From: a virus
Strand: one strand, 5' to 3'
IMG/VR virus record: IMGVR_UViG_3300025096_000009
Span: 1-64,000 of that record
Length of the DNA stretch: 64,000 nt
Below the pieces are notes generated by a model. The model was not told the DNA's origin. It worked only from the letters and a program-made list of their open reading frames with translations, and did no database searches. Numbering within the stretch: position 1 is the first letter of the stretch; every line of letters starts with the position of its first letter. A program made the position numbers and the translations under genes. This document shows positions 47,479 through 56,597 of the stretch, piece after piece.

Positions 47479-49644
47479 ATGTCACAAACAAAAGCACAAT
47501 TACTTGACAATATCAAGGACAATGTTCAGCTAGATGCACGAAACTCTTTACGGTTCGCTGATACTGACTCAAGTCATTACGTAGCTTTCAAGGCTCCAGC
47601 TACAGTTTCGAGTAATGTTACTTGGACTTTACCTGCAGCAGATGGCAGTGCAAATTACGTATTAGCTACGGATGGTAGTGGAACTTTAAGTTGGATTGCT
47701 GATCCAGCTGGGCAATGGGTTACTAGTGGAAGCAATATTTATTTCACCGGAGGCAATGTAGGAATAGGAGATAGTTCGCCAAGTAATCCTCTATCCGTGA
47801 CAGGTGTTGCAGCTTTTAATGGAGATGTAACTTTTACTGGTGCGAGTTATAACGCTCTTTGGGATAAATCGGATAACGCTCTTGAGTTTGCGGATAATGT
47901 GAAAGTGATTTTGGGGAGTGGAGACGACACACATCTTTACCACAACGGTAGCCATACTTATATTTCACATAGAGGTACAGGTGATTTAATTCTTGAACCT
48001 AAAGAAGGTGAAAATGGTGTAGTTTTAAAAGCTGACGGAGCCGTAGAACTCTATTACGATAATTCTCGAATGTTACGCACCACTGCAACAGGGGGCATTC
48101 TTTCGGGTAACTGGTCTCTAACAGATGACAATAAAATGATGTTCGGGACAGGGGATGATTTATATGTTTATCATGATGGATCTACAAATATAATTGATGG
48201 TCGATATCATCCTATTGAACTAAGACATCAATCAGAAGTACATATCAAATGTGTAGATGATGGAGCCGTAGAACTCTATTACGATAACAGTAAGAAATTT
48301 GAAACTGATTCAAATGGTATCTGGGTTAGCGGAGCGTTACGTGGTGAGTCTGTTGACTTAGCAGATGACAAGAAAATTCTATTAGGTTCTGGAGATGATC
48401 TTGAAATCTATCATAGTGGTAATCAGAACCTTATTAAATCTACTAATGGAAGGATTAATTTATTAGCTGCTGAAACTCGTATGGAGTCAGCTAGTGGTTC
48501 TGAAGTTCTAGCAAAGTTTATTGAAAACGGAGCCGTAGAACTCTTTCATGACAATGTAAAGAAATTAGAGACAGCGAGTACTGGTATAGAAGTAAACGGT
48601 GGAAAAATAGAACTTAAAGGTGCTGAAGGTGGAGAAGCTCAACTACAATTAAAAGCTGACGAAGGTGATGATAATGATGATTCTTGGCGAATTGTAGCAA
48701 ATACAGATAATAATTTAATTCTTGGCAACTTAGCTTCTGGTACTTGGGAAAATTCTATAAAAGCTATTGGTAATGGAGCCGTAGAACTCTATTACGACAA
48801 CTCAAAGAAATTAGAGACAGATTCAAGCGGAGTTTCCGTTTGGGGCAACTTAATGCTTGAGAGTGATGATGATATTCTTTATATTGGTCATGGTTCAGAT
48901 ATAAGGATCTGGCATGATGGGGCTAACTCTCACTTTCGTAGTTATACAGGTGAATTGAGAATAGAACCTGATAATGGGCAAACTTTAAGTATTAATAATC
49001 AAGCTAATACTGTAGATTCAGCTAAATTTATTATCGGTGGATCCGTAGAACTCTATTACGACAACTCAAAGAAATTAGAGACAGATAGTTTTGGGACCTC
49101 TATTCAAGGTGATTGTTTAAAAGTTCCTGATGGTACAGCTGGTAGTCCTGGCTTTACTTGGAATAATGAGGGTAATGCTGATACAGGTATTTTCCGTCCA
49201 GGTGCTAATATTATCGCGTTTAGTAACGCTGGTACTGAAAATTTCCGTATTGCAGCTAACGGTGATCTAACAGCTACTGATACTACTATTGGGTCTAATT
49301 CTGACCAAAGATTGAAAACTAATATTAATGATTTTACCTATGATTTAGCTAAATTTAAGCAATTTAAACCTAAAACATTTGATTGGAAAAATCCTGGTGA
49401 ACATGGAAACAAAACAGGTCAGAGAGGATTCTTAGCACAAGATGTTGAATCTATTGATAACTATTTAGTTGGAGAATGTTTCATACATGATGATGATCCA
49501 GATCGCTCATTAGTAGATTCAGATGGAAAATTTAAAACATCTAAATTAGGTAAGAATGATGCTATGTATATTTCAGTTATAAATCAATTGATAACAAAAA
49601 TAGAAACCTTAGAAACAAAAGTAGCTGCGTTAGAAAGTGCATAA
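47479..49644 (+). CDS. Modular tail fibre 2 with C-terminal intramolecular chaperone (peptidase S74-like)
   Basis: Five GAVEL/GSVEL modules; SDQRLKTNI...GFLAQDVE...coiled coil. Confidence 0.85.
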   Translation: MSQTKAQLLDNIKDNVQLDARNSLRFADTDSSHYVAFKAPATVSSNVTWTLPAADGSANYVLATDGSGTLSWIADPAGQWVTSGSNIYFTGGNVGIGDSSPSNPLSVTGVAAFNGDVTFTGASYNALWDKSDNALEFADNVKVILGSGDDTHLYHNGSHTYISHRGTGDLILEPKEGENGVVLKADGAVELYYDNSRMLRTTATGGILSGNWSLTDDNKMMFGTGDDLYVYHDGSTNIIDGRYHPIELRHQSEVHIKCVDDGAVELYYDNSKKFETDSNGIWVSGALRGESVDLADDKKILLGSGDDLEIYHSGNQNLIKSTNGRINLLAAETRMESASGSEVLAKFIENGAVELFHDNVKKLETASTGIEVNGGKIELKGAEGGEAQLQLKADEGDDNDDSWRIVANTDNNLILGNLASGTWENSIKAIGNGAVELYYDNSKKLETDSSGVSVWGNLMLESDDDILYIGHGSDIRIWHDGANSHFRSYTGELRIEPDNGQTLSINNQANTVDSAKFIIGGSVELYYDNSKKLETDSFGTSIQGDCLKVPDGTAGSPGFTWNNEGNADTGIFRPGANIIAFSNAGTENFRIAANGDLTATDTTIGSNSDQRLKTNINDFTYDLAKFKQFKPKTFDWKNPGEHGNKTGQRGFLAQDVESIDNYLVGECFIHDDDPDRSLVDSDGKFKTSKLGKNDAMYISVINQLITKIETLETKVAALESA
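48041..49086 (+). repeat. Five in-frame CCGTAGAACTCT cores in fibre 2
   Basis: 48041, 48266, 48533, 48779, 49043; spacings 225, 267, 246, 264. Confidence 0.9.
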
Positions 49645-49711
49645 AAGTTGACGGGTTAGAAAGTGCATAAAAGTTGACGGGTTAGAAAGTGCATAAAAGT
49701 TGACGGGTTAG
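49629..49711 (+). repeat. Perfect 26-bp tandem repeat x3 (+5 nt)
   Basis: GTTAGAAAGTGCATAAAAGTTGACGG at 49629, 49655, 49681. Confidence 0.95.
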
Positions 49712-49772
49712 TGATCTTACAATGAATAGAAAGCTCTGCAAAGGGTAAGTATCATTTTTGTTTGATATCTAA

Positions 49773-51392
49773 ATGGCATACATTGGTAGACAACTTGTAC
49801 GAGGTCAGAATCGTGTTCTTGATGACATCTCAAGTAGTTTTAATGGCAGTACGACTGCTTTCAACTTAACGGTTTCGAGTTCATCGTCTCCTCCAGCGAG
49901 TGTTAATCAACTCTGGATAATTCTCGGTGGTGTTATACAGAAGCCAGGGACTGACTTTACGGTTGCCGATGCTGTTATTACATTTACGACTGCTCCAGCT
50001 TCTACTTTAAGTTTCTGGGGGATGATTCAAGGTGATACTTCAGACATTAACTCACCAGCTGATGCTTCAGTCACGCCTTCTAAGATTGCTAATAGTGGGG
50101 ATTTTGCTTTTCCGGCTGACGTTAGATTTAAAGATGCAGATGCCTCACATTATGTAGGTTTACAAGCACCATCTACTGTAAGTAGTAATTTAGTTTGGAC
50201 ATTACCTGCGGCGGATGGCTCGGCTAATCAAGTACTTAAAACAGATGGATCAGGGGCATTAGGGTGGGCTTCTGATGCTAATGCACCGGAAGGTACAGCT
50301 GTATTGTCTACTGGTGAAACTGGAACGACTAAATATTTAAGAGTAGATGGAGATAATACTTGTTCTTGGCAACTCGCAGTCGATGCAACAAAGATGCCTC
50401 TTGCTGGTGGTACGTTCACAGGAGATGTCACATTTACAGGTGATAGCAGTAATGGGTTATGGGATAAGTCAGCGAATGCGTTTGTTGCAAACTTAACTGG
50501 TACGGCCTCTGGAAATGCTGTTCTAACAGGTTCGACTAATAATACCATTACTACGGTTACCGGAGCCGATGCAATTCAAGGAGAGGCCAATCTTACTTTT
50601 GATGGTAATAATTTAACTCAAACTATTGATGCAGATGGTGAAGGAATTGTTATTACAGGAGGATCATCAAATATTAAGGCGATGCTTACTGGTAATACAA
50701 ATAGATCCTCCGCTAATAACACTATATTTGGAGTAAGTGGAAAATGGAATAGTACCGAAGTAGGTAGGATTGCTTTTGAGGCTGGTGCTGATACAACCAA
50801 TAAAGATGATGGACATATAAATTTTTATACAACTCCTTCTGGTGGAAGTCTTACATCAAGATTTGATATACAAGCTGATGGTAATGTAAAAATAGCTGAC
50901 GGTGATCTAGTAATAGGAACGTCTGGTCACGGTATTGACTTTAGTGCTAACTCTCACGCTGGAGGTATGACAAGTGAGACGTTGGACGCGTATGAAGAAG
51001 GAACATTTACACCTACATACGTATTTCATAGTAGTACAGGAACATTTGGGTATAGTACTCAGACTGGTACATACACCAAAATAGGTAATAGGGTTTTCTT
51101 TTCAGTAGTTATCATTGCAAGTTCACATAGTGGTACAAGTACTGGAAACCTTATGTTAGCTGGTTTACCTTATGCAGTACCTTCGACAACACCTATTCCC
51201 GGTAGTTGTTTCTTTATTATTGGTGGTAATTTTACTACAGATTATGGTGTTGCTCTACAAACAAATCAAAGTGAGAGAATAGAATTCTATAGACAAGTAC
51301 AAAGCACAGGTGCTAATTATTCTCCTGTAGACGCTTCTGAGGTAAGTTTAGGTAGTTTATATATAAAATGCCAAGGACAATATCTAACCTAA
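49773..51392 (+). CDS. Modular tail fibre 3
   Basis: DDISSSFNG N-terminus as in fibre 1, WTLPAADGSAN module as in fibre 2, GIDFSA...YEEGTFTP...YTKIG tip. Confidence 0.85.
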   Translation: MAYIGRQLVRGQNRVLDDISSSFNGSTTAFNLTVSSSSSPPASVNQLWIILGGVIQKPGTDFTVADAVITFTTAPASTLSFWGMIQGDTSDINSPADASVTPSKIANSGDFAFPADVRFKDADASHYVGLQAPSTVSSNLVWTLPAADGSANQVLKTDGSGALGWASDANAPEGTAVLSTGETGTTKYLRVDGDNTCSWQLAVDATKMPLAGGTFTGDVTFTGDSSNGLWDKSANAFVANLTGTASGNAVLTGSTNNTITTVTGADAIQGEANLTFDGNNLTQTIDADGEGIVITGGSSNIKAMLTGNTNRSSANNTIFGVSGKWNSTEVGRIAFEAGADTTNKDDGHINFYTTPSGGSLTSRFDIQADGNVKIADGDLVIGTSGHGIDFSANSHAGGMTSETLDAYEEGTFTPTYVFHSSTGTFGYSTQTGTYTKIGNRVFFSVVIIASSHSGTSTGNLMLAGLPYAVPSTTPIPGSCFFIIGGNFTTDYGVALQTNQSERIEFYRQVQSTGANYSPVDASEVSLGSLYIKCQGQYLT

Positions 51393-51459
51393 CATCTTAG
51401 ACCGTCGCTAAGTCTCTAAACTAAGCCATAAACCTGTTTCGTTCGGAGAACGTCCCTAA

Positions 51460-51759
51460 ATGGCAATCACAAAAACAACTGAAAACGACAAAATAGAGGT
51501 CGTTTCAAAATGGAACATACAAGTTAGAACTGCAACCGTTATCAAAGAAGATGGCACAGAACTGACTCGTTCATTCCATAGAAAGGTACTTACACCTGGA
51601 ACACTTAAAGGTGGTTCAGGATCTGATAAAGATGATCTAGTAGCTACTGATCTATCTGGAGAAGATGCAGATGTTCAGGCAATCTGTAATGCAGCTTGGA
51701 CTAGTCAAGTGAAGACAGATTTTACTGCCTTCCTTGTAGCCAATAAAGCTGCTGAATAG
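51460..51759 (+). CDS. Fibre-associated small protein (putative chaperone)
   Basis: DKIEVV...IQVR...IKEDG.E..RSFHR...EDADVQAICNAAWT, typically downstream of this tip type. Confidence 0.55.
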   Translation: MAITKTTENDKIEVVSKWNIQVRTATVIKEDGTELTRSFHRKVLTPGTLKGGSGSDKDDLVATDLSGEDADVQAICNAAWTSQVKTDFTAFLVANKAAE

Positions 51760-51760
51760 A

Positions 51761-51952
51761 TTACCAGATTCCTGGAATAATTTGCCCTGTGAAGGCATAG
51801 GTTCCTAGAGCTGCAAAAATACCAATCATTGCCCAACGGCCATTAGCCTTTTCTGCTGCTTCAATGTAGGAGGATTCTCCTTCCATTACAGCGATTTGAG
51901 GCTCTTTGCCGAATATATTCTGGCGTCCACCAGATTCATTAGTAACTGTCAT
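51761..51952 (-). CDS. hli: High-light-inducible protein
   Basis: AEKANGRWAMIG chlorophyll-binding motif, TGQIIPGIW end. Confidence 0.95.
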   Translation of the reverse strand: MTVTNESGGRQNIFGKEPQIAVMEGESSYIEAAEKANGRWAMIGIFAALGTYAFTGQIIPGIW

Positions 51953-52021
51953 TTGTAGTAGAGAAATTGACTCTTCTATATTACATGAAGTTTTGTTAAG
52001 TTTGAGTATAAATACCTATTA

Positions 52022-52306
52022 CTATATCTTATAAAATGTATATTTCAAAAATAACTCTTCGCCTTTTTTTATAGTTTTGATAGTTCTTATAAAGTAGAAA
52101 TCATCCTCACAATATTTCAGGCAATTAGGTTCATCAGAATGATTTATAAATCCACCTAAAGGTGTTCTATATATCAGCTCATCTATGACGATATGAGACA
52201 TACCTAAGTAGGTTCCGGAAGGGATCTCCTCCTTAGCGAAAAGACCTTGACCTGCTATGGGGCTGTCTTGTATATGTAGACTTTCTGGTAGTGCTTGATA
52301 GCTCAT
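52022..52306 (-). CDS. Minimal SET-domain protein
   Basis: SPIAGQGLFA, GFINHSDEPN, IKKGEELFLKY. Confidence 0.85.
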   Translation of the reverse strand: MSYQALPESLHIQDSPIAGQGLFAKEEIPSGTYLGMSHIVIDELIYRTPLGGFINHSDEPNCLKYCEDDFYFIRTIKTIKKGEELFLKYTFYKI

Positions 52307-52361
52307 AAAAATACCCTACTAAAGAAGATTAGCAGGGCACCTTTTGTTTTTTAAAGTTTGA

Positions 52362-52748
52362 TTAGAACTTATATTTGGCTCCTAACTTAGTTCCCCAAGA
52401 AGAGTCATCTGAAGTGTCTGAATCAGCAGTTAGTAGTGATACTTCACCGTAGAAGTTTAGCTTTTCAGTAGCGTCAACATTGGCGCCAACCTTACCAGAG
52501 AATCTCCAGTCGCTATCAACACCATCAGCAGCAACGATTGCTGGACCACCTTGAACATAATATCCAAAACCTTCATTACCACCTTCATACCCTACGTGCA
52601 GGTCGGTAGTTGTGTTTGTATAATTGCTCCCACTATATGAGGAGTTGGCTTCAGTATTAACATAAAGTCCACCAGCAAAAGCAGCAGGGGCAGCTATAGA
52701 AGCAGCAGCTGCAAGCATTAAAGGTTTAATCATTGTTTTTTTGATCAA
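52362..52748 (-). CDS. Small picocyanobacterial-type outer-membrane beta protein
   Basis: Signal peptide ...APAAFA, alternating beta strands, C-terminal GAKYKF. Confidence 0.7.
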   Translation of the reverse strand: MIKKTMIKPLMLAAAASIAAPAAFAGGLYVNTEANSSYSGSNYTNTTTDLHVGYEGGNEGFGYYVQGGPAIVAADGVDSDWRFSGKVGANVDATEKLNFYGEVSLLTADSDTSDDSSWGTKLGAKYKF

Positions 52749-52807
52749 AAAATTTTAAGATACTGCTACGCTAACATCCCAAAACCCAGATGTAGGAAGG
52801 GTTTTGC

Positions 52808-55396
52808 TTATGCCAATTTATTTTCTGGCAGTATGGTAGGAGCATCCTCATGTTTCTGATCTGATTTTCTGACGGCTAAACCTTTGATAAAAGGTCGTCC
52901 CTGCTTGGTGAAATGGCTTATATTTTTCATATCTAATTGGTTCTTACAGCAGTCAAGCAGTAGTGCAATAAAACGTTTTTGACCTACCGGTTTTGATCCT
53001 GTGTCCTCACAGTAAGAGCAATAGCTTGCATAGAGATGATAGCTACTATTGCAATAACGCTCCTTAGCATCTTTCGCAGCTGGTATTTTTTTACCAACGG
53101 AAGAAACGACGTCAGGATTGTGAATTACTTCAGACTGGAGCCATTCAATTAGGTTGTTGCTATTGAGAAGAATCTCATTACGAACTCTCTTTAATGAATG
53201 TACTTTTTCGTAGGTATCGAGGAGATATTCGCGCATCGATTCGGTCTTCATTTCCAAAACCCAGTTAACTAATCCTGGTAAATAGTTCTTCCATAAGCCT
53301 TTTACAACACCACTTTCGAGTTTGATCATCTCTTTGGCTTCAGAATTTTTATCCCATAATGACCGGTTAAACTCGACAGTTAGGCGGCGACGTGTCAGGC
53401 CAGAAGTGTTGTCGGTTGTCTGGATTGGTTCATTGGCGCAGACCATAACCATGCCTGTATAGACGAAAGGTTCACCAACATTTTTATTTTTTTCTTCAAA
53501 TCTTAGATTGTCTCCTCCAGTTAGAGCTTTGAAAATTTGAGCTGATCCTCCATAACGTTCTGAGTCATTAATTAGAGTTAGCCGCTTACCTTTAATGGAT
53601 GCAACTTCGAAACGACTTTGCTCTAGCTGATTCAATGTTGTACTGGCATAGTTACCATTTCCAACGAGTGCACAGCATAAATTGGCGAAGGTTGACTTTC
53701 CTCTACCACCTGGACCTATGACTTCTAAGAATCGTTGTAGCTCATGCCCCTGACCGATCAGGCATGCCTTTAACCAAGCTCGTAGAACTTGTACCCTTTC
53801 TTCATCTCCGAACTGTGTACGCTTCAACCAGTCGATGATGGGACCGGGGGTTGCATTTGGATCATAGTCAAAATCTAATCCCCAAGTTAGGTAATGTTCG
53901 GCGTTGTGCTCGAGAAATTCTCCAGTACTTACTTCGAGTACTCCATTACGGAAGGCGAGACGATCATCATCGTCATCCCAGTAGGTGTGAGTGATATAAG
54001 CCTGTGTCAGATTAACTACATCGTTGAGTAAATGAGATGTAAAACCACCTGGGGTAGGGATATTTTCCCTTAAAAAGAGGTCCTGTACGAAGTGTTTGTA
54101 TTCTTGTCGATAGTCTTCACGTCTCCATGTTCCTTTACTGTTCTGATAGAACATGAAGGTGTCGAATTTAGGGTCATAGCGCCAACCACATTCGATCACC
54201 ATTCCAGTAACGAATTCGGCTAGTTCGGAGGCGGGTGGTGTCTTTGGTTTTCTTCTACCTTTGACAGCTTGTTCTATCTCTGAGACATCTTCTTTCGTTG
54301 GCGTACCAATTATTTCTTTTAGTGCGGTGTTTAAATCTTGGATCTGTTTTTTCTGTGGAGTTCCTTTCTCCTTAAAGAGAGCTTTAGCGCGTTGAGCTAA
54401 TACTTCAGGGGAAGATTCGACAACAAAGCCACCAAATTCAACGAATCCATCTTCTTTAGCTTTTGCTCTGAGTGTTTGTAGTCCTGCACCTCCTTCTGGG
54501 TTTGGTCCACCAGGCATTCTCTCAAAAGTTTCCCATTTTTGTTCACAGACACCGACTTCAAAGTTAGGTGCCTCAGAAGACCATTCGACCCATTCTGCTA
54601 ATAAGGTTTCATCAATTTGATGTAGGGCAGCTCCTACAGTTATCCATTCTTCATAGTCAATTGCTCGTTCTGGTTTGAGGTGGTCCAGATAGACTTTAGT
54701 TTCAGCTAGTAAGTCCTCTTTCTGATATTCAGATCCGTCTTCATAGCTGATATTAACTTGTTGAGTAACAACGCCAGATGATGGAGTTTTGCGATACTTA
54801 TTAGTTGGGAAACTCTTAGCAATTGCTTGATATAGCCATTCTGGTAGTTCAGGAGGATTCTTTGCATGTTCAAATCCACCATTAGTAGTAGTGTGATAGC
54901 CCTCTGTATCAGGGTGACTACCCATAATTGCTCCCTGACGAGAGCGGAAGAGTATTTCGAATGCTGGAATATCAATCTTAATAGTTGCTTTATCTGGTAA
55001 TAAGCGAATCTTTGAAGATGGAATGCTATATAGCATCCTCTGACGTCCTGGTTTTCCAGATGAGATTGTTAAGGTTGGAGGAAATATTGCATCTAATGGA
55101 GCCCCACCTAATTTTTCAAGTTCAGGGATAGCTTCAGGTCCATCTATATCAATCCAAATAAGACCGCCTTCATTAGAGCATTGACCGCTAATTAGACCTA
55201 CACCAGTTGCATTTCCGGCTTCTAGTTCTTGTTTTATGCGCTCTACAGAGTAAGGATGGGACGTCCAGCCAGCTATATAAGCTCTCTTATCTTTTAAAGG
55301 AGTCAACGGCCAATGAGCCGGAATCAGGTCGAGATTGATCTCTCCTGGCTTTAAATTGCTATCAGGTTTTTGCGGATCTGGTGAGGCGATTGGCAC
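52808..55396 (-). CDS. Primase-helicase: bifunctional prim-pol + PriCT-2 + D5/P4-type SF3 helicase
   Basis: GVGL...WIDID, GSHP, YEEWITVGAALH...CEQKWETF, GPGGRGKST, FKALTGGD, RRRL. Confidence 0.88.
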   Translation of the reverse strand: MPIASPDPQKPDSNLKPGEINLDLIPAHWPLTPLKDKRAYIAGWTSHPYSVERIKQELEAGNATGVGLISGQCSNEGGLIWIDIDGPEAIPELEKLGGAPLDAIFPPTLTISSGKPGRQRMLYSIPSSKIRLLPDKATIKIDIPAFEILFRSRQGAIMGSHPDTEGYHTTTNGGFEHAKNPPELPEWLYQAIAKSFPTNKYRKTPSSGVVTQQVNISYEDGSEYQKEDLLAETKVYLDHLKPERAIDYEEWITVGAALHQIDETLLAEWVEWSSEAPNFEVGVCEQKWETFERMPGGPNPEGGAGLQTLRAKAKEDGFVEFGGFVVESSPEVLAQRAKALFKEKGTPQKKQIQDLNTALKEIIGTPTKEDVSEIEQAVKGRRKPKTPPASELAEFVTGMVIECGWRYDPKFDTFMFYQNSKGTWRREDYRQEYKHFVQDLFLRENIPTPGGFTSHLLNDVVNLTQAYITHTYWDDDDDRLAFRNGVLEVSTGEFLEHNAEHYLTWGLDFDYDPNATPGPIIDWLKRTQFGDEERVQVLRAWLKACLIGQGHELQRFLEVIGPGGRGKSTFANLCCALVGNGNYASTTLNQLEQSRFEVASIKGKRLTLINDSERYGGSAQIFKALTGGDNLRFEEKNKNVGEPFVYTGMVMVCANEPIQTTDNTSGLTRRRLTVEFNRSLWDKNSEAKEMIKLESGVVKGLWKNYLPGLVNWVLEMKTESMREYLLDTYEKVHSLKRVRNEILLNSNNLIEWLQSEVIHNPDVVSSVGKKIPAAKDAKERYCNSSYHLYASYCSYCEDTGSKPVGQKRFIALLLDCCKNQLDMKNISHFTKQGRPFIKGLAVRKSDQKHEDAPTILPENKLA

Positions 55397-55510
55397 TTTG
55401 TCGTTCTTCGTATATTAGGTAATTACACCAGCAGTAGCGTAGCTCTTTTTCGCCGATGCGCTAGGTGTGCTGCATCACTAATTTATAGGGAGTGCATTTA
55501 TCCTTCAATT

Positions 55511-56344
55511 TTAGGCGGCATCTCCATCTATTCCTTCCATTTCAACTTTTGCTGCTTCTTGAGCTGGAAGGATCTCGTTGTAGTACTTGTTGACTGCCTC
55601 AAGCCACTTTTGTTTGTATTTTTCGATCGTTGTGTTTTGGATTACAAATACTTGACTGCTATCTCGTGTTGCAACGAACGTCATACACAATTCAGGTTTA
55701 AAACCAATGGTGTGTTCTAGGGCTAATGCATAAGCTGCAAGTTGTAATTGACACTTTGTATATTTCATAAATCCTGCTCGTCTCTTCCCATACTCTGCTT
55801 TAGGAGTATCGGATCCTGGCCATCTGGAGTAGTACGGCCCATTACTTGTTTTCAAATCTCCGAGTACTAATTGACCCTTATATTCAGCGACAATATCGGG
55901 TGCACCTGCCCATCCTTGTTTTTGCTCTTCATCCATCCCTGGATGCCATACACGGGAGATTCCATCGCCTCCCATTGTCCAACCATAGTCATCAGGTTTA
56001 ACAGGATTCTCTGCCCATATAACGTTCTCTAATTTATCAAGATTATCTGATAGTCCATCCCAAAATTCTGCAATTTCTGGATTATCAATTTGAGGATTTT
56101 TTTCAACGCCTAATAAATATTCTTCCATGAGCGAGTGAACTTTTGTTCCTCTAGCTGCAGCTGCTTCTCTTCCACCAGGATTCTTTTTAGCCCATCTTTC
56201 TAAGGCTGCTTTACTTCCAGAGGTAGCTGAAAGAATTGTAGTAACAGAAGGTAGTGCTCCATAGGGAGTTTTGTAGTGTCTTGACCCACCAATTGTTACT
56301 CGAGTGTCTCCTTTGGAGCGATAATCCAAATCATTACTAGACAC
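55511..56344 (-). CDS. PD-(D/E)XK exonuclease
   Basis: LPSVTTIL, RGTKVH, AGAPD...GDLKTS, QLAAY. Confidence 0.85.
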   Translation of the reverse strand: MSSNDLDYRSKGDTRVTIGGSRHYKTPYGALPSVTTILSATSGSKAALERWAKKNPGGREAAAARGTKVHSLMEEYLLGVEKNPQIDNPEIAEFWDGLSDNLDKLENVIWAENPVKPDDYGWTMGGDGISRVWHPGMDEEQKQGWAGAPDIVAEYKGQLVLGDLKTSNGPYYSRWPGSDTPKAEYGKRRAGFMKYTKCQLQLAAYALALEHTIGFKPELCMTFVATRDSSQVFVIQNTTIEKYKQKWLEAVNKYYNEILPAQEAAKVEMEGIDGDAA

Positions 56345-56399
56345 GTCGCTCGATATATAGATCTAAAGGAGAATAACCCTCCTAAATCTTGGCTATCTT

Positions 56400-56597
56400 C
56401 TATGCTCTATACATATCCTCTTCAAGTTGTAAATCAACTAGATGTTCTTTAGCTTCTTCTATGTTGTTAAAGAATTTACAGATACCTGTGTAGCAACTTA
56501 GATATCTCTCGAATGTTGTCTTTCCGCCTGTTAAAGGATAGCTATGAACTGTACCTCCTTTAGGGGTTGTTAGTAGTAGTTGTGGCATGTCATTCAT
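56400..56597 (-). CDS. Small hypothetical protein
   Basis: ORF in operon. Confidence 0.5.
   Translation of the reverse strand: MNDMPQLLLTTPKGGTVHSYPLTGGKTTFERYLSCYTGICKFFNNIEEAKEHLVDLQLEEDMYRA

Noticed and set aside
48041-49711. CRISPR array (fibre cores or 26-bp repeat)
   Set aside because: Fibre cores are coding with 225+ nt spacing; the 26-bp repeats have no spacers; no cas genes (55511 is a generic PD-(D/E)XK exonuclease)
29444-51392. Diversity-generating retroelement acting on fibres
   Set aside because: No reverse transcriptase in the window and no TR/VR pair differing only at adenines
53340-53470. GC-rich patch in the primase as another overprinted gene
   Set aside because: The alternative frames I checked close quickly and none reaches 60 codons; shows that GC patches alone do not prove dual coding
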